Shown: one piece after another, positions 25,680 to 37,785 of the stretch
Layout of the letters: every line of letters begins with the position of its first letter
How positions within the stretch are numbered: the first letter of the stretch is position 1
Assembly: GCF_036321535.1 (NCBI RefSeq)
Contig: NC_087436.1
Location: 60,080,001-60,144,000 of the forward strand
DNA length: 64,000 bases
Reading direction: 5' to 3'
From: Camelus dromedarius
Taxonomy: Eukaryota
Notes under the pieces: generated by a model
Told to the model about the DNA's origin: nothing
Database searches by the model: none
The model's input: only the letters and a program-made list of their open reading frames with translations
Position numbers and translations under genes: made by a program

Positions 25680-26024
25680 TGCTATGGTCTGAACATTTAT
25701 GCCTCTCCTCCAAACTTCATACATTAAAATTCTAGTCCCCAAGATGATGGTATTAGAAGGGGGGCCTTTGGGAGGTATTTAAGGAATGAGAGTGGACCCC
25801 TCATGAAAGGAATTAGTGCCTGTATAAAAGAGGCTCCAAAGAGATTCCTAACCCCTTCCACCATGTGAGACACAGTGAGAAGGTGCTGGTTATGAATCAG
25901 GAACCCTGTTGCCACCTTGATCTTGGACTTTCCAGCCCCCAGAACTGTCAGAAATAAATTTCTGTCATTTATAAGTTACCTAGTCTAAGACAGTTTGTTA
26001 AAGCCACCTGAACAAACTAAGATA
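25680..26024 (+). mobile_element. MaLR solo LTR, MLT1A-like
   Basis: tgctatggtctgaa...gggcctttgggaggt...accttgatcttggactttccagcccccagaactgtcagaaataaatttctg...aactaagata. Confidence 0.88.
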
Positions 26025-27637
26025 TTTAGATTTTAAAAATGCAATCACAGAGGGCAAAAATAGGTCCTCTACATATTCTCATGTGAACTGCATGAAGAAA
26101 AAAGATAATAATTAAGAACTGCAACTTTACTTATTTATTTGAACTCATCTTAAAGTCATTTAAGATGAAATGAATTAGCTCCATGAATAAGCTATTCATA
26201 GCATTGTGCACCAAACATACAAATTGTGACAGCTTCTAAATAAAAATGATTCATCCCAAAAGTGAGAAAGAAAAAAAAAATGGAATATTTTATCTAATCC
26301 TTCTTTTTTAAAGGAAATTCTCAATCTAAATCTTCAGGTTTATAAGAAATGAAGTTGGGGTAGATAAAATACACAGGGAATTTTAAAATACCACCTTATA
26401 GACATATTTGACTTAGAACTTGTATTTTTAATGGGTTCACCAATAATATCAAAAACAATTGACTATTTCCTGTCCTCTTTGTATGGCCAGTCCATAACTA
26501 CTGTAGTGATGTATTCCTGGAAACCATTCCATAAGATCACTTATCCTAAAATGAATGATGTTTCTACTGGAACAGTGTCATAACTGGCATGGCCTTCTTG
26601 ATCAAGTACTTAGCATCAAAAACCAGAGTTTTATCAAAAACCAGAGTTTTATCAGACAATGCATTACAAAAACAACTGTATATCTGTGTAATAAGTTAAA
26701 ATGTCAAAAAGAGTGCCAACGCACACCACACTAAACAGTTTAAACACCATACTAAACAGTTGAATTTGTATTTATATAAACATATATCACAACGTAATTA
26801 GTAACTTTACCTTTAATTTACCCATATTTCTTGTGCACCCGGGCCTATACTAAGTGCTACAAGAAATGCTAACTTGTACAAAATTTCTTCCATTTAAAAT
26901 ACTGAATGAAGTCTAATAGGTAAAATGAGGCATATTCAAATAACTAAGTGGTGGGTGCCATATACATGATATAACTTAAAGGATGTTGATAGAAAAAGTA
27001 TCATCAATAACGAGAAAAATCAATAACGGCTTTATAGATTAGGGCTATTAATCTAAAATTAAGATTCTACTTACCAACAAATGCAATTGCATGTTTAATG
27101 AGGGATACTTGTGATTTTCCTTCTTAAAATTTATAAGGATTGAGAGGAACGATTTCTATGCCTCCATTTCCTTAAATATACTAAAGACTTCCTTTTCTCA
27201 TTAAATGTCCCTGTGACATGCAATGATATTAGCTCTAATTCCATTCACCATAAGTTACATCAAAAGCTGAGATCATTATTTTAACCCTCAAAAAGCCACC
27301 GGCATTTTTACATATTTGAAAGTCTCATTTCCAATTTCAGGATTAAGAGGAAGGTTTTCTTGAATTAGATTGTCTCCTCATCATCTTTCCTTTGTTCTTA
27401 ATTTTGAGCTTGAACAACTTTCATGTCACAAAATGGAAATGTGAAAGTGTATATACCAAACAAGGCCAGGAGAGCTCTTTTGCCCAGTAGATGGTAGAGG
27501 TGAGATGTTTTGAAACTAAATCTTCAAACATTAATTTGGTACTTTCTTCTTTACTGTCCCAATGCCTCTTAACAGTCTGTGCACAGGACTAGTATCTGGG
27601 CCTCAATGTTAGAAATTAGCCAAAGACACTGGGAGAT

Positions 27638-27638
27638 A

Positions 27639-27669
<31 letters not shown>

Positions 27670-27686
27670 CACACACGTATACATAT
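27638..27686. repeat. (TA)n(CA)n microsatellite
   Basis: Read directly from the sequence. Confidence 0.9.
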
Positions 27687-28754
27687 TTAATAATGTCAGT
27701 TGAGCATGTGAGATAAAGTATATAAAAATTAGAGACACAGGAGTCCATGTGCCCTTTTTTAATCCTTTTAACTTTTAATATCAACAGTCACAATTCAAAT
27801 CAAGCATGCCCCACCCAATCTGAATTTTAGGATGGTCAAAATGGTTAAATCTGGTGTATTGACAAGATTAGGTTAATGTCTCTCAATCTGCAGCCCTAAA
27901 ATCCTCAAGGGCTGCTTCTTTCATTTTTTGCATCTTTAGAGTAGGTTCTCAATAAATATTTATTGAAAGAAACTGAATGAATGGATGAATGAATAAAGGA
28001 AATGGTAACAAAGGAGGAAACAGAGGCCCCAGAAGAAAAGAGAATGCATGTTTAAGTGCTTGGCTATTTAACACAGGGCTTAACTAGAATTAGATTAATC
28101 AACTATTGTCAGTAATATCTAAGTCCCGGACTTCAACATATCAAAGAATAAAAATATGATATGAGATGCTAACCATCTGCAAGTAACTCCTTTTTTCTCA
28201 AATATGAGTCTGGTCTGTTCTTCCAGCAAAGAAATCTAGCTCTTGTTTTTACTATGCCACTCACAGCTTCTACACAAAGGCAGCAGGACACCAAGCTGCA
28301 AATGAGAGGGATTATGCTGTGTCACAGTCAAAGTGGCCATAAGTGAATGCTGTCAGAATCACTTAGCACAGGCAGTTTGGGGCAACTTTGTGGATGTATT
28401 TGCTGAGTAATATAAAGCTAGCAAACTTTCCAAACCAGCTTTTTACTGTAATAAAAGCAAACATTTCCAAAATTGGTAGGATTTCCAGACATGGAGTCAA
28501 GGAAAGTAATTTAGATATACCTGTCAAAGCCTTTAAGTTAGGAAGAGAGCACATCTCAAAGGACAAAACTTGTGGTTGTGAATGAATCCTTCGATTTCAA
28601 AGATGCCTTCATCTTTCTCAACCACAATGACCAGCTCAGTGTGAGGCACAGAGTTAGGGCTCATTAAATGACCACAGACAAAAGGGAGAGAGAAGGTAAG
28701 CAGGAAATCTCAGTTAATTAAAAGAACAGAGATAGAATAAACCATCTGGGAATA

Positions 28755-29134
28755 TGAGAGTCATTAGTGCCCATGAAACATATCTGGGTCTACACCATCC
28801 AGACACAAGGAAGAGACCACTTTGTGGACCCTTTTGTGGTTAGCTTGGGCCATGTGATTAGATCTGCTTGTGAGAGGAAATGAAGTGTCTCTCACTCATG
28901 GGTGAAAACACGTATTAAAGGGATGAAGATCTCTTTTTACCACTGTGAAAGGCAGTGTTTGCAATGGTTGCTGCTTCAACAGGCTGGATATAGAAGGTGG
29001 AGATACTGAACAGAACTCCAGCACTTTTCCACAATGAACATGTAGCCTGGGTAAGAAATAAATCTATATTATAAAGTCACCAAGATTTGGAGGTTATTTG
29101 CTCTTACATAGCCTAGCTTATGCTTACTCATACA
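28755..29134 (+). mobile_element. Old MaLR LTR (MLT1I/J-like)
   Basis: gggccatgtgattag, and 3' end aagaaataaatct...aagatttggaggttatttg...tagcctagctta...actcataca. Confidence 0.7.
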
Positions 29135-30049
29135 TTCAGGTACCTTCCTTCCTGTAGTGATGCCACGCGCTACATATTGTTTACATATAAATCTATCCTC
29201 ACATTAATACTCTTTTTTTAGAGCAGGGTAATCTTGTAAATGTTTGGAGTTAGACTTCACTGTGTAAAGCTGTTGGAGAAATCAAGACAAATCCTTACAT
29301 CTAATCATTTATACACCATAATCTGGAGGGAAAGTTCCTAGAAAGATAGAGCCTATTTCTAGAGAAGTTTTTTTTGTTTTTGTTTTTGTTTATTTAATGT
29401 TTGGACCATCCTAAGAAAAGTAACAAGAAAGTTACCCAGAGGAAAATTAGGGAAAGTCTTTATTTAAAGCAGTTTGAAGACATGTAATGAATGCGAATGC
29501 TTATCAAATTGTTAGATATATTTGGTTTCTTGTAATAAATGTAAGCAAAGCCCAATTTCATCTGATCCACTGATGTTCAAAGAGTTAATCTGCTCCTTCC
29601 CTTTCACACTGAAATACCCCCAAAGTATATAAAAACACTAGAATTGTGGTCTATCTCACCTATTAGGGAATATCTTTGGTCATTCTCAGGAACCCTCAAC
29701 ATCTTAATAAATGGAACCATATCTACTGTTAGAATTAAATCCCCGTCAACTGTGTAAAGTACTCCACTTCTAAGCATAAATATCTTCTTCTGTGACAAAT
29801 TCTTTTTTAAATGAGATACTTCTCAGCAAAGATATTGATCATCAGCATATCAAGAAATACAGTACCACATTTTAAGTCCAGGATAAGTACTAAATTTTTT
29901 TTCTTTTTTGTATCGCTTACAGAAGGTTGTGGTCCAAACTTACAGCAGACGTAGGTTGCCTCAAATGTGTTAATTTCATTATACAAAAGTAATGCAAGAA
30001 AAATTAAAAATTAATTTTAAATTACTTTCCCCTTAAAGTATTATGCTTT

Positions 30050-30280
30050 AAAGTTAGACAGTGGAGATCCAAATCTGAATCCTATCTCAGCCACTTACTA
30101 TCTGTTTTTGAGCAAGCTGCTTATCTTCTTGGTACTTTTTTTCCCTCTTTTGCAAAATGTGATCAATAACAGAATCAATTGGTTCATACTATTGTGAGGA
30201 CTGAATGTGATAATATATGTGAAGCCTTAAGCGTATACCCTTGCTTCAAATAAACATTAAAAATATGTTACTATTGTTGC
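30050..30280 (+). mobile_element. MIR SINE
   Basis: ctgaatcctatctcagccacttacta...ttgtgaggactgaatgtgataatatatgtgaagc. Confidence 0.75.
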
Positions 30281-30543
30281 TCTAAAAGAAAATAATAACC
30301 GCACATGAATGCATTCTTAAATACATATATTCACTTGAATTATTCTGGAAGAGGAATATAGGAAATATGTGTCACTTTTCACACATAAAGCTATCATTTC
30401 CTAAATATATGTTACTCGTTTCACACCTAAAAATATCCTAGCATTTCTTCCTTATATTGCTATGAGTTACAAAAATATATTATATGCATTTAAATTAACT
30501 ATTAAACTGTAAACTAATTAAATATTAAAGTATTAGAATTTCC

Positions 30544-30664
30544 GGAGGGTGGATAATAGCTCAGTGGCAGAGTGCATGCTTAGCACTCACAAGGTCCTGA
30601 GTTCAGTCCTCAGTACCACCACTAAAATAATAGTAATAATAAATAAACAAACAAAAACAATAAA
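30544..30664 (+). mobile_element. tRNA-derived SINE, Vic-1-like, with 12-nt TSD
   Basis: A box tagctcagtgg, B-box-like gagttcagtcc and an A-rich tail; TSD attagaatttcc at 30532-30543 and 30665-30676. Confidence 0.88.
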
Positions 30665-30856
30665 ATTAGAATTTCCAAAATCTTAAGGAAAAAAAAAGTC
30701 ACACAATAATTTCTGATAGGTTTCATGTGGAAGTTCAAGTGTGTCAGTACTTATTTCAACAAGTATTACCTGTGAACCCAATGACCATGAACAGTATCTT
30801 AATCAAGTTTCTGTTCCAATCTCCACAGCCTTTTCCTTACCATGGCGATGGTGTAA

Positions 30857-30891
30857 TCCTGCCATCTAGCGGAAGATCTATATCACTGCAG
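30857..30891 (-). promoter_or_regulatory. Putative CTCF site with upstream (ZF9-11) motif
   Basis: Minus strand reads cTGCAG-N13-CCGCTAGATGGCAG. Confidence 0.65.
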
Positions 30892-32517
30892 GGAACCTTC
30901 TTGAAAATTTATCAAAAAGTCTCAAATATAATAACAAAACCACATTTTTGTGATTGACATTTAAAATTTTAAACCTTGAAAGTGTACCTGAGAAGAATAA
31001 TAATTCTTCCATGTTATGAGGAGAATCACACAGATGCAGTATGGAAAACAAAATATATAAAAAGAATACATAAAAGGCTTAAATTTGGGTAAGTGTAATA
31101 GTGTACAACTTACTAATATAAATAATGTTCTACAAAAGAATAACAGAAAGTTCAGGAAAAGAAATCTTTCATAATCATTCATTAGCCATGACTTTTAATG
31201 TTGTACTCTATTGGAAATCTTTTTTAACATGTTCTTGTATTTAGATAATTATCAATTGCAACAATAAGAATATAGCATTTTCAATGTAGGAAAGAACAAA
31301 AAAAGAGATAAAATATAATATAATGTAATATATTTCTATATATGCAAATATAAACATATATATTACCATTCTTTAGTATAACAGAAACAAGAAACCCATT
31401 ATCATTTGTTGTTTCACAGAACCTGATTTGCCCAAGATTAAAATCTGGCCAAGTCTGACCTAACGGCTAGAACTTCTAAATTTGAGCACACTGGTTTTGC
31501 TATCGCTCAGTGTTGCCTCAGTAACTTAAGGTTTCTACACATTACAACTGTCAGAACTAGATGACCTAATATTTTCCTTTGAAACATAATTCCCCAAAAT
31601 ATATATAAATCAGTGATTTAGTTTCAAGCATTTTTCACATATTCCTATGAATAGGCAGGTAAGTAGCAGATCCTTTTAAAGAAATACTGTTAGACACTGG
31701 GAATCAAAGACACTGCTGAAAAAGGACACATTTCTGAGAAAAAGAGCAAAGTGAATTCCAAAAGGCAAGCTCATCCCAATATTTCTGAGACCTGACACTT
31801 CCTGGACACCCTCGGCTGCAGTCCACTGGTCATCTCTTCCCAGCTTGCTGTATCTCGCGCTAGGACGGAGCTAATACACATGCCTCTAAGACACCCCAAT
31901 CCACAAGTGCAAGCTCAGACCCTACCTCCCACACACACACCTCATCTCTACCTTCATTTGCAGGCTCCCCCGATTTGTACCAGGAACCTGGTATTTCGGA
32001 TACCTGGAAGATGTTAAAGCTTCGGATGAGCATTTCATCTTGACTCCCAAAGGGCTCCTCCCCTATGCAGAAGGTCAGGGAGAGTAGGGTCCACTAAGGG
32101 GGCTATGGATGGCACCAACATAAGTGTGGTTTATAGCAGGACATTCTTTAGCATGGCTAGAGGGTGGAGAAATGGTGTGAAACGATGGGGTCAGAGAGAA
32201 TATCCTCGGGATCAGCATTTTTCTTAGCTTGTGCATCCGGGGTCTTGTTCTAGAACGGAACACACTGAACTTTCCTTGGAAACAAGGAGGACAGGTTGTA
32301 AGGGTAGCTTATCGTGGTGTGCTTCCACCTGTCAGACATATGACAGTCTCAAGTGAAAACTGAGCCTCTCTGATTTGTGATGTCAACTGTGCAGACCAAC
32401 TTTCCCTTCAAATATGAGGTATCTATTCTTCAGTCTGTCTTCATTTTGCAAGAGGCATGAACATGCCAGTAATAAATACGACTATTTTATTAAACGCAGG
32501 CACATGTAAATACTTAC

Positions 32518-32702
32518 CATGCTATTCATTTTTGAAGATGATGAACTTGCTCTTTGCTTTCTTAGACTATTAACTTCTTCTGCATTTCCATCTTTTGGTT
32601 TCAAAATCATTCTGCTATTCCCTGCAGTTCCTTCTGATGAGGATCGCAGTCTCCTCTCTATAAATCTTCCTTCGCGATACGGACTGAAGCTACTGGCAAG
32701 AA
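32518..32702 (-). CDS. CCSER1: CCSER1 exon 3 (185 nt, phase 1 to phase 0)
   Basis: Acceptor tttgtttttcaaatag| and donor ATG|gtaagt. Splices in frame to the previous exon and reads VLASSFSPYREGRFIERRLRSSSEGTAGNSRMILKPKDGNAEEVNSLRKQRASSSSSKMNSM. Cumulative CDS is 1509 nt = 503 codons. Not in the ORF track on this strand. Confidence 0.93.
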
Positions 32703-32869
32703 CTATTTGAAAAACAAATAAATAAAAATGGATATAAATTCTTAAATGCAGTTTTTATATATGTTCCATTGAAAGCAAATGGGAAACTCTTAAAGTCATT
32801 CAATAATTCTCTATCACAGAAAACGTTTTGAATTAATAGTGGTACTTTAGTTTACTTAATTATGTAATC

Positions 32870-33473
32870 ACTTTGAAGCCCCAAAATGTTGGAGTCATCC
32901 TTGGCTTCTTCATACCTCACATAAATTGTATAAGCAAATCCTGTTCTTATTACCTTCAAATGTTGTACAAAATCTGATCACTTCTCACTACCTCCCCCAC
33001 TAATATCCTGGCACAAATGCCATCAATGCTTGCCTCCTTTCCTGCCATACTTCCTAATAGTCACCTGCTTCTGCTACTCCCACCTGCCTCTCCCTGACCA
33101 AAGCACCATCCATCTTCTACATGATAACCAGAATGATACACTTGCTCCTCTGGTCATAAAGATGATGTTTTTCCAGTGGCCTGCCTGATTCCTCATGATA
33201 TGACCCTGCTCTCTACCCCTATACTGGGGGCCTCTCCATTGCTCACCTGTTCATCTCTCTAACCTCATCATCTACTGTCCCCCACCCACTCTTTCACTCT
33301 GCTTATGGCACACTGGACCTCTTGCTGTTTCTGGAACATCACAGGAATGCGTCAGCCCCAGGATCTTTACCCCATAGCCATTGCACTGATATATTCCTCT
33401 CAAATATCTGTATGGCTTACTCCTTAATGTTTGCTAAAATGTTACCCTGAGTAATATTCTATTCACTAAACTT
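32870..33473 (+). mobile_element. L2 fragment, left part (split by an L1)
   Basis: ttggagtcatccttggct, gcaaatcctgttcttattaccttcaaa, cacactggacctcttgctgtttctggaaca. Confidence 0.8.
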
Positions 33474-33487
33474 AAAAATGCAAACTA

Positions 33488-35416
33488 AAAACAAGGAACT
33501 ATCAGAAAGAGAAATTAAGAAAACAACCCCATTTACAGCTGCATCAAAAAAAAAAAAAAACCTAGGAATAAATTTAACCAAGGAAGTGAAAAATCTCTAA
33601 TTTGAAAACTACAAAAGAAATTGATGAAAGAAAATGAAGAAAATACAAGTAAATAAAAAGATATAGCATATTTCTGAATTGGAAGAACTAATATTGTTAA
33701 TATGTCCATTCTACTCAAAGGGATCTACAGATTCAATGCAATCTCTATCAAAATTACAATGACATTTTTCACAGAAATAGAAAAAAAAATCATAAAGTTT
33801 GTATAATAGAACCACAGAAGACCCTAAATATCCAAAGCAATCTTGATTAAGAACAAAACTGCAGGCATCACACTTCCTGATTTCAACCTGTTTTACAAAG
33901 CTATAGTAATCAAAACAGTACAGTACTGGCATAAAAGGAGACACAAGGATCAACAGAACAGAACAGTGAGCCAAGAAATAAAGCCATGCATATATGACAA
34001 TTAATTTTTGACAAAGAACCCAAGAATATATGATGGGAAAAAATAATCTCTTCAATAGAGAGTGTTTGGAAAACTGAACAGTCACATGCAAAAGAATGAA
34101 ACTGGAACCTTATCTTATACCATACACTAAAATCAACTCAAAATGGATTAAAGACTTTGAAGTTAAGACCAGAAACTGTAAACTTTATAGAAGTAAACAT
34201 AGGGGTAAGCTTTTTGACACTGACCTAGGTAATGACTTTTATTTTTTAGATTTGATATCAAAAGCAAAGGAAATAAAAGCAAAAGTAAACAAGTAGGACT
34301 ACTTCAAACTAAAAAGCTTCTGCACAGCAAAGCAAACAATCCAGAGATAGAGAGAGAGTGAGAGAAGACAACCTACTGAATGGGAGAAAATATTTGCAAA
34401 TCATATATCCATCCCATAAGGGGTTCATACAACTCAATAGCAAAGAAAACCTAAATTTAAAATGGGCAAAGGACCTACAAAAACATTTTTCCAAATAAGC
34501 CAACAAGTACATGAAAAGGTACTCAACAGCCCTTTCATCTGGGAAATGCAAATCAAAATCTCAATGACATATATCTCACTTTTGTTAGAATGGCTATTAT
34601 CAAAAAGCAAAAAGAGAACAAGCGTTGTTAAGGATGTGGAGAAAGGGAACCCTTGTGCTCTGTGCACTGAAATGTAAACTGGTGAAGCTACTGTGGAAAA
34701 CAGTATGGAGACTCTTCAAGGAATTAAAAATAGAGCTACCATATGATCTTGCAATCTCACTCTTGGGTATATATCCAAAGGCAACAAAATCTTCTTCTCA
34801 AAGAGGTATCTTTACTCCCATGATCACAGCTGCATTATGCACAATAGCTGAGGTATGGAAACGACCGAAGTATGAGTCAACAGATGAATGGATAAAGAAA
34901 ATGTGGTATCTACATTCAATGGAATATTATTTGGCCTTAAAAAGAGAAGGAAATCTTGTCATTTGTGACAACATGAATTAATCTCAAAGACATGCTAATA
35001 AGTAAAGTCAGCCAGAGAGAGAAAGACAAATACTGCATGCTATCACTTACATGTGGGATCCTTTGTAAAAAAGTAGAACTCAGAGAGAGTAGAAAAGTGG
35101 TTGCCAGGGGCTGGGAGGTGGGGGAGATAGGGAGAGACTGGTAAAAGGGTACAAACTTTCAGTTATAAGATAAATATAGCCTGAGGATCTAGTGCATAAC
35201 AAAGTGACTAAAGTTGATAGAACTGTATCTTTCAATTGATATTTGCTAAGAGTGTAGAACTTAAATGTTCTCAAAAAAAGAAAAGGTAAATATGTGAGGT
35301 GATGGATATGTTCATTAACTTGATGAGTGGGAATCCTTACACAATGTACACATATCAAATCATTACTTTGTCCACTTTAAATATATAATTTGTCAATTAA
35401 TAACTCAATAAAGCTA
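33488..35416 (+). mobile_element. 5'-truncated L1 (L1MA-like) in CCSER1 intron 2, with 14-nt TSD
   Basis: ORF2 remnants ([38 protein letters not shown]) and 3'UTR ending caataaagct. TSD aaaaatgcaaacta at 33474-33487 and 35417-35430, at a ctt/aaaa endonuclease site. Confidence 0.93.
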
Positions 35417-35430
35417 AAAAATGCAAACTA

Positions 35431-35632
35431 TAGTCCCACTCCTCACTTCCTAATCCTTTATTCTGCATTAAACTCATCCCTAGCAGTCATCACTATCTGA
35501 CGCTTATTTATTTGCATGTTGTCTGACTATTCCCAGTAGAAAGTAAGCTTGATGAAGGCAGGATTTTATGCCTGTTTTGTTCATTGCTATATACCTAGTG
35601 CCAAAACAAATATTTATTGAATGAATGAATGA
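35431..35632 (+). mobile_element. L2 3' end (right part)
   Basis: gtagaaagtaagcttgatgaaggcagg...aaatatttattgaatgaatgaatga. Confidence 0.85.
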
Positions 35633-36420
35633 GCTGTTCTGTTTGGGCTCATCTACTGGTCAAAAGACTTTTGGCTAGAACTTATTAGGCCAACATATAG
35701 CAGTTCTTTTTAGCAACTTTTTAAGCCAATGAATAAAAGTTAAATTGCCAGAGAGCTCAACATTCCATTACTAATTCTGATATGAATGTATACCTAACAC
35801 ATTCATATGTATATTAAATACTAAACACACTTAATAATAAATACAGGCTAAATTTAGTATTATGAGATTTAGCAATTCTTTCTTGCATAAAGTGCATTTG
35901 TCTAAATGTCTTCAAAATCTTTAAACCTCTAAATTATAAAATCCTCATGAATAGTAGATGAATTTCTCCAATTGATGAAAATGAGAGACAGTGTACAATC
36001 AACTTTTCCTTGCTGACATTACCAGTTTATTTACCTATCTCTATTTTATAAGTTGTAGATAATATGAATAATGTCCAGGAACAGGCACCATAGTGTCAAA
36101 GTCAGTGAAATTACTTTAATGTCTTAAATGGCTTGCAATTAAGATCTCAGTCAACAGATTAATAGTTAGCAAAACAATTGTTAGTCAGTCTCTAGTGATA
36201 AATATTTACAGTATTCAGTTCAATATTGAGACAAGTCATCATTTCTAAATAAGAATTAGATATAATACGGATAATTTCATTTCTACCTTTTTTTTTAAAC
36301 TGCCTAAGATTCCAACCTGAGGTCCACCTTTTTCTACCAATGTGATTTCATAAAGTTATTTATAAATTATAATGTAAATGATAATTCATATATTTTAATA
36401 TACAAAGAAAATCAGCATAC

Positions 36421-37744
36421 CTTTGGCAGGATTTGCATCATACCCATATGATGTTTTGTTAAAGATGTGATGATCACCAGAAGAGGGTATTATCCTTGAA
36501 TCTGAAATAGGATGGATCCCTTTAACTCGTTCAGCTATTGCTTTATGTTGCTCACAATATCCAAGTTTCCTTGGGGAGCTTGTCGCCAGCATCGCTTCAC
36601 CATTTTGTATCAACATACATTCTTCTCTTTTTATACCTGCTGACAGGTGAGTCTCTGAGTCACTCCCATTCATAACAGGTAGTTCAGTGATTTGCAGTAA
36701 CACTTCCTTCTGGTTAGCAGCAGAGGTTTCTGGTAAGGAATTAGATTCGGTGCTACATCGACCTTCTAACCTGTATTTCCCAGGAGACATAATTGCACAG
36801 GGAACAGTTCCCACAAGGTCCATTGTTGTCTTTGTAACAGCAGCAGGATTGGGAGAAATCTGAGAGGTAGAATCATTGTGGCCAAAGTTGTCACAGTGGG
36901 ATGCCAGGCTTCCACTTTTAGGAAATCCATCCGCTTCAGACACAGAATCTTCAGTCAAGGCTAAGAACTCTGAAGGAGTCTGAGCTGTAGTAAGATCAGC
37001 AGAAAGCAATGGAGATTGTAAAGAGCTTCCCGCCCGTTCTGTGACATCCGCAGAACAAGACGGAGAAGCTCTTACTAATACAGGTTCCCTCTCTTGGTAC
37101 TGTGCAATTTCCAGTGAGAATTCAGACTGTTGTACCAGTGAAATGGACTGGCTCTGAGGAACTGGCTTAGAAAATTTATAGTGAGATGAAAAAGATTTAG
37201 TAAGAAGCTTCTTTGTTGACTGCTTAACAGAACGGCGAGTCTGTTCTTCTGTAAATCCAGAATCATCCCCCTCACTTTTGCCAGAACTCAGGCAATTTAT
37301 GAAGACGTTCTTATTAGCTGAGTGCTCCTTTTCCCTTTCAAAATCCTCTGTCAAAGACCTTGTTAACTTCTTATTTCGTGAACTACTAAAACCAACAGAA
37401 TGTCTCCCCCTGGTTTTAATATGTTCTTCCAAACTCAGTTTTTGCATACTGCTGTGACCAGGTTGAGCACCATTTGAAATACTAAGGTTCTGGTTGGTAG
37501 GTTCTTGCTTGGGTTCACTCCCTTTCTTGTGATGGAAGCTAATGGAAGGAGTACGGAAGATGCTCCTGCGTTTACCTGTACTACCTGAGCTTGAGTTAGT
37601 GCTGGAAGGAGAGGAACTGTGGACACCAACTGTATTACTGGAGGAGGGTGAAGAAGGCAGAGAATCATGTTTTCTGCTAATACTCCTTCTGAATATTGGC
37701 AACCGGGAGACCAGGGTAGATCGTCTTGATCCAGAGTCCCCCAT
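36421..37744 (-). CDS. CCSER1: CCSER1 (coiled-coil serine-rich protein 1 / FAM190A), coding part of the first coding exon (exon 2): 441 codons + 1 nt
   Basis: Ser-rich ORF MGDSGSRRSTLVSRLPIFRRSISRKHDSLPSSPSSSNTVGVHSSSPSS... recognised as the CCSER1 N-terminus. Acceptor tttaacttttctcag| starts the exon at 37785 (41-nt 5'UTR with an in-frame TAA at 37780-37778). Donor CCAAAG|gtatgc follows 36421 (phase 1). Confidence 0.95.
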
Positions 37745-37785
37745 CGGGACTCCAAGGCTTGCACTGTGATAGCCAACTTAGCAGC
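37745..37785 (-). other. CCSER1: 5'UTR portion of CCSER1 exon 2
   Basis: Lies between the AG acceptor (37787-37786) and the ATG; contains no upstream ATG. Confidence 0.85.

Noticed and set aside
27481..27498. CTCF-like core CCAGTAGATGGTAG (and weaker matches near 53952 and 54004)
   Set aside because: Core mismatches and no upstream motif; expected by chance in 64 kb.
30544..30625. tRNA gene
   Set aside because: Degenerate cloverleaf, A-rich tail and TSD indicate a SINE.
32519..32710. Plus-strand 63-aa ORF (also 37542-37769)
   Set aside because: Antisense shadows of the CCSER1 exons.
33533..35358. Cluster of 61-126 aa ORFs (likewise 7293-8129, 49166-49384, 54535-54844)
   Set aside because: Broken L1 ORF2/3'UTR remnants and their antisense frames.
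36395..36420. Last residues (GMLIFFVY*) of the 449-aa ORF as a true C-terminus
   Set aside because: This is read-through past the GT donor at 36420. The in-frame next exon exists, and nothing strongly supports intronic polyadenylation.
37727..37744. N-myristoylation signal MGDSGS
   Set aside because: Asp directly after Gly2 is unfavourable for N-myristoyltransferase.
37435..37776. 113-aa overlapping ORF as an independent gene
   Set aside because: It starts at TTG, not ATG, and is relevant only as the frame entered after a back-splice.
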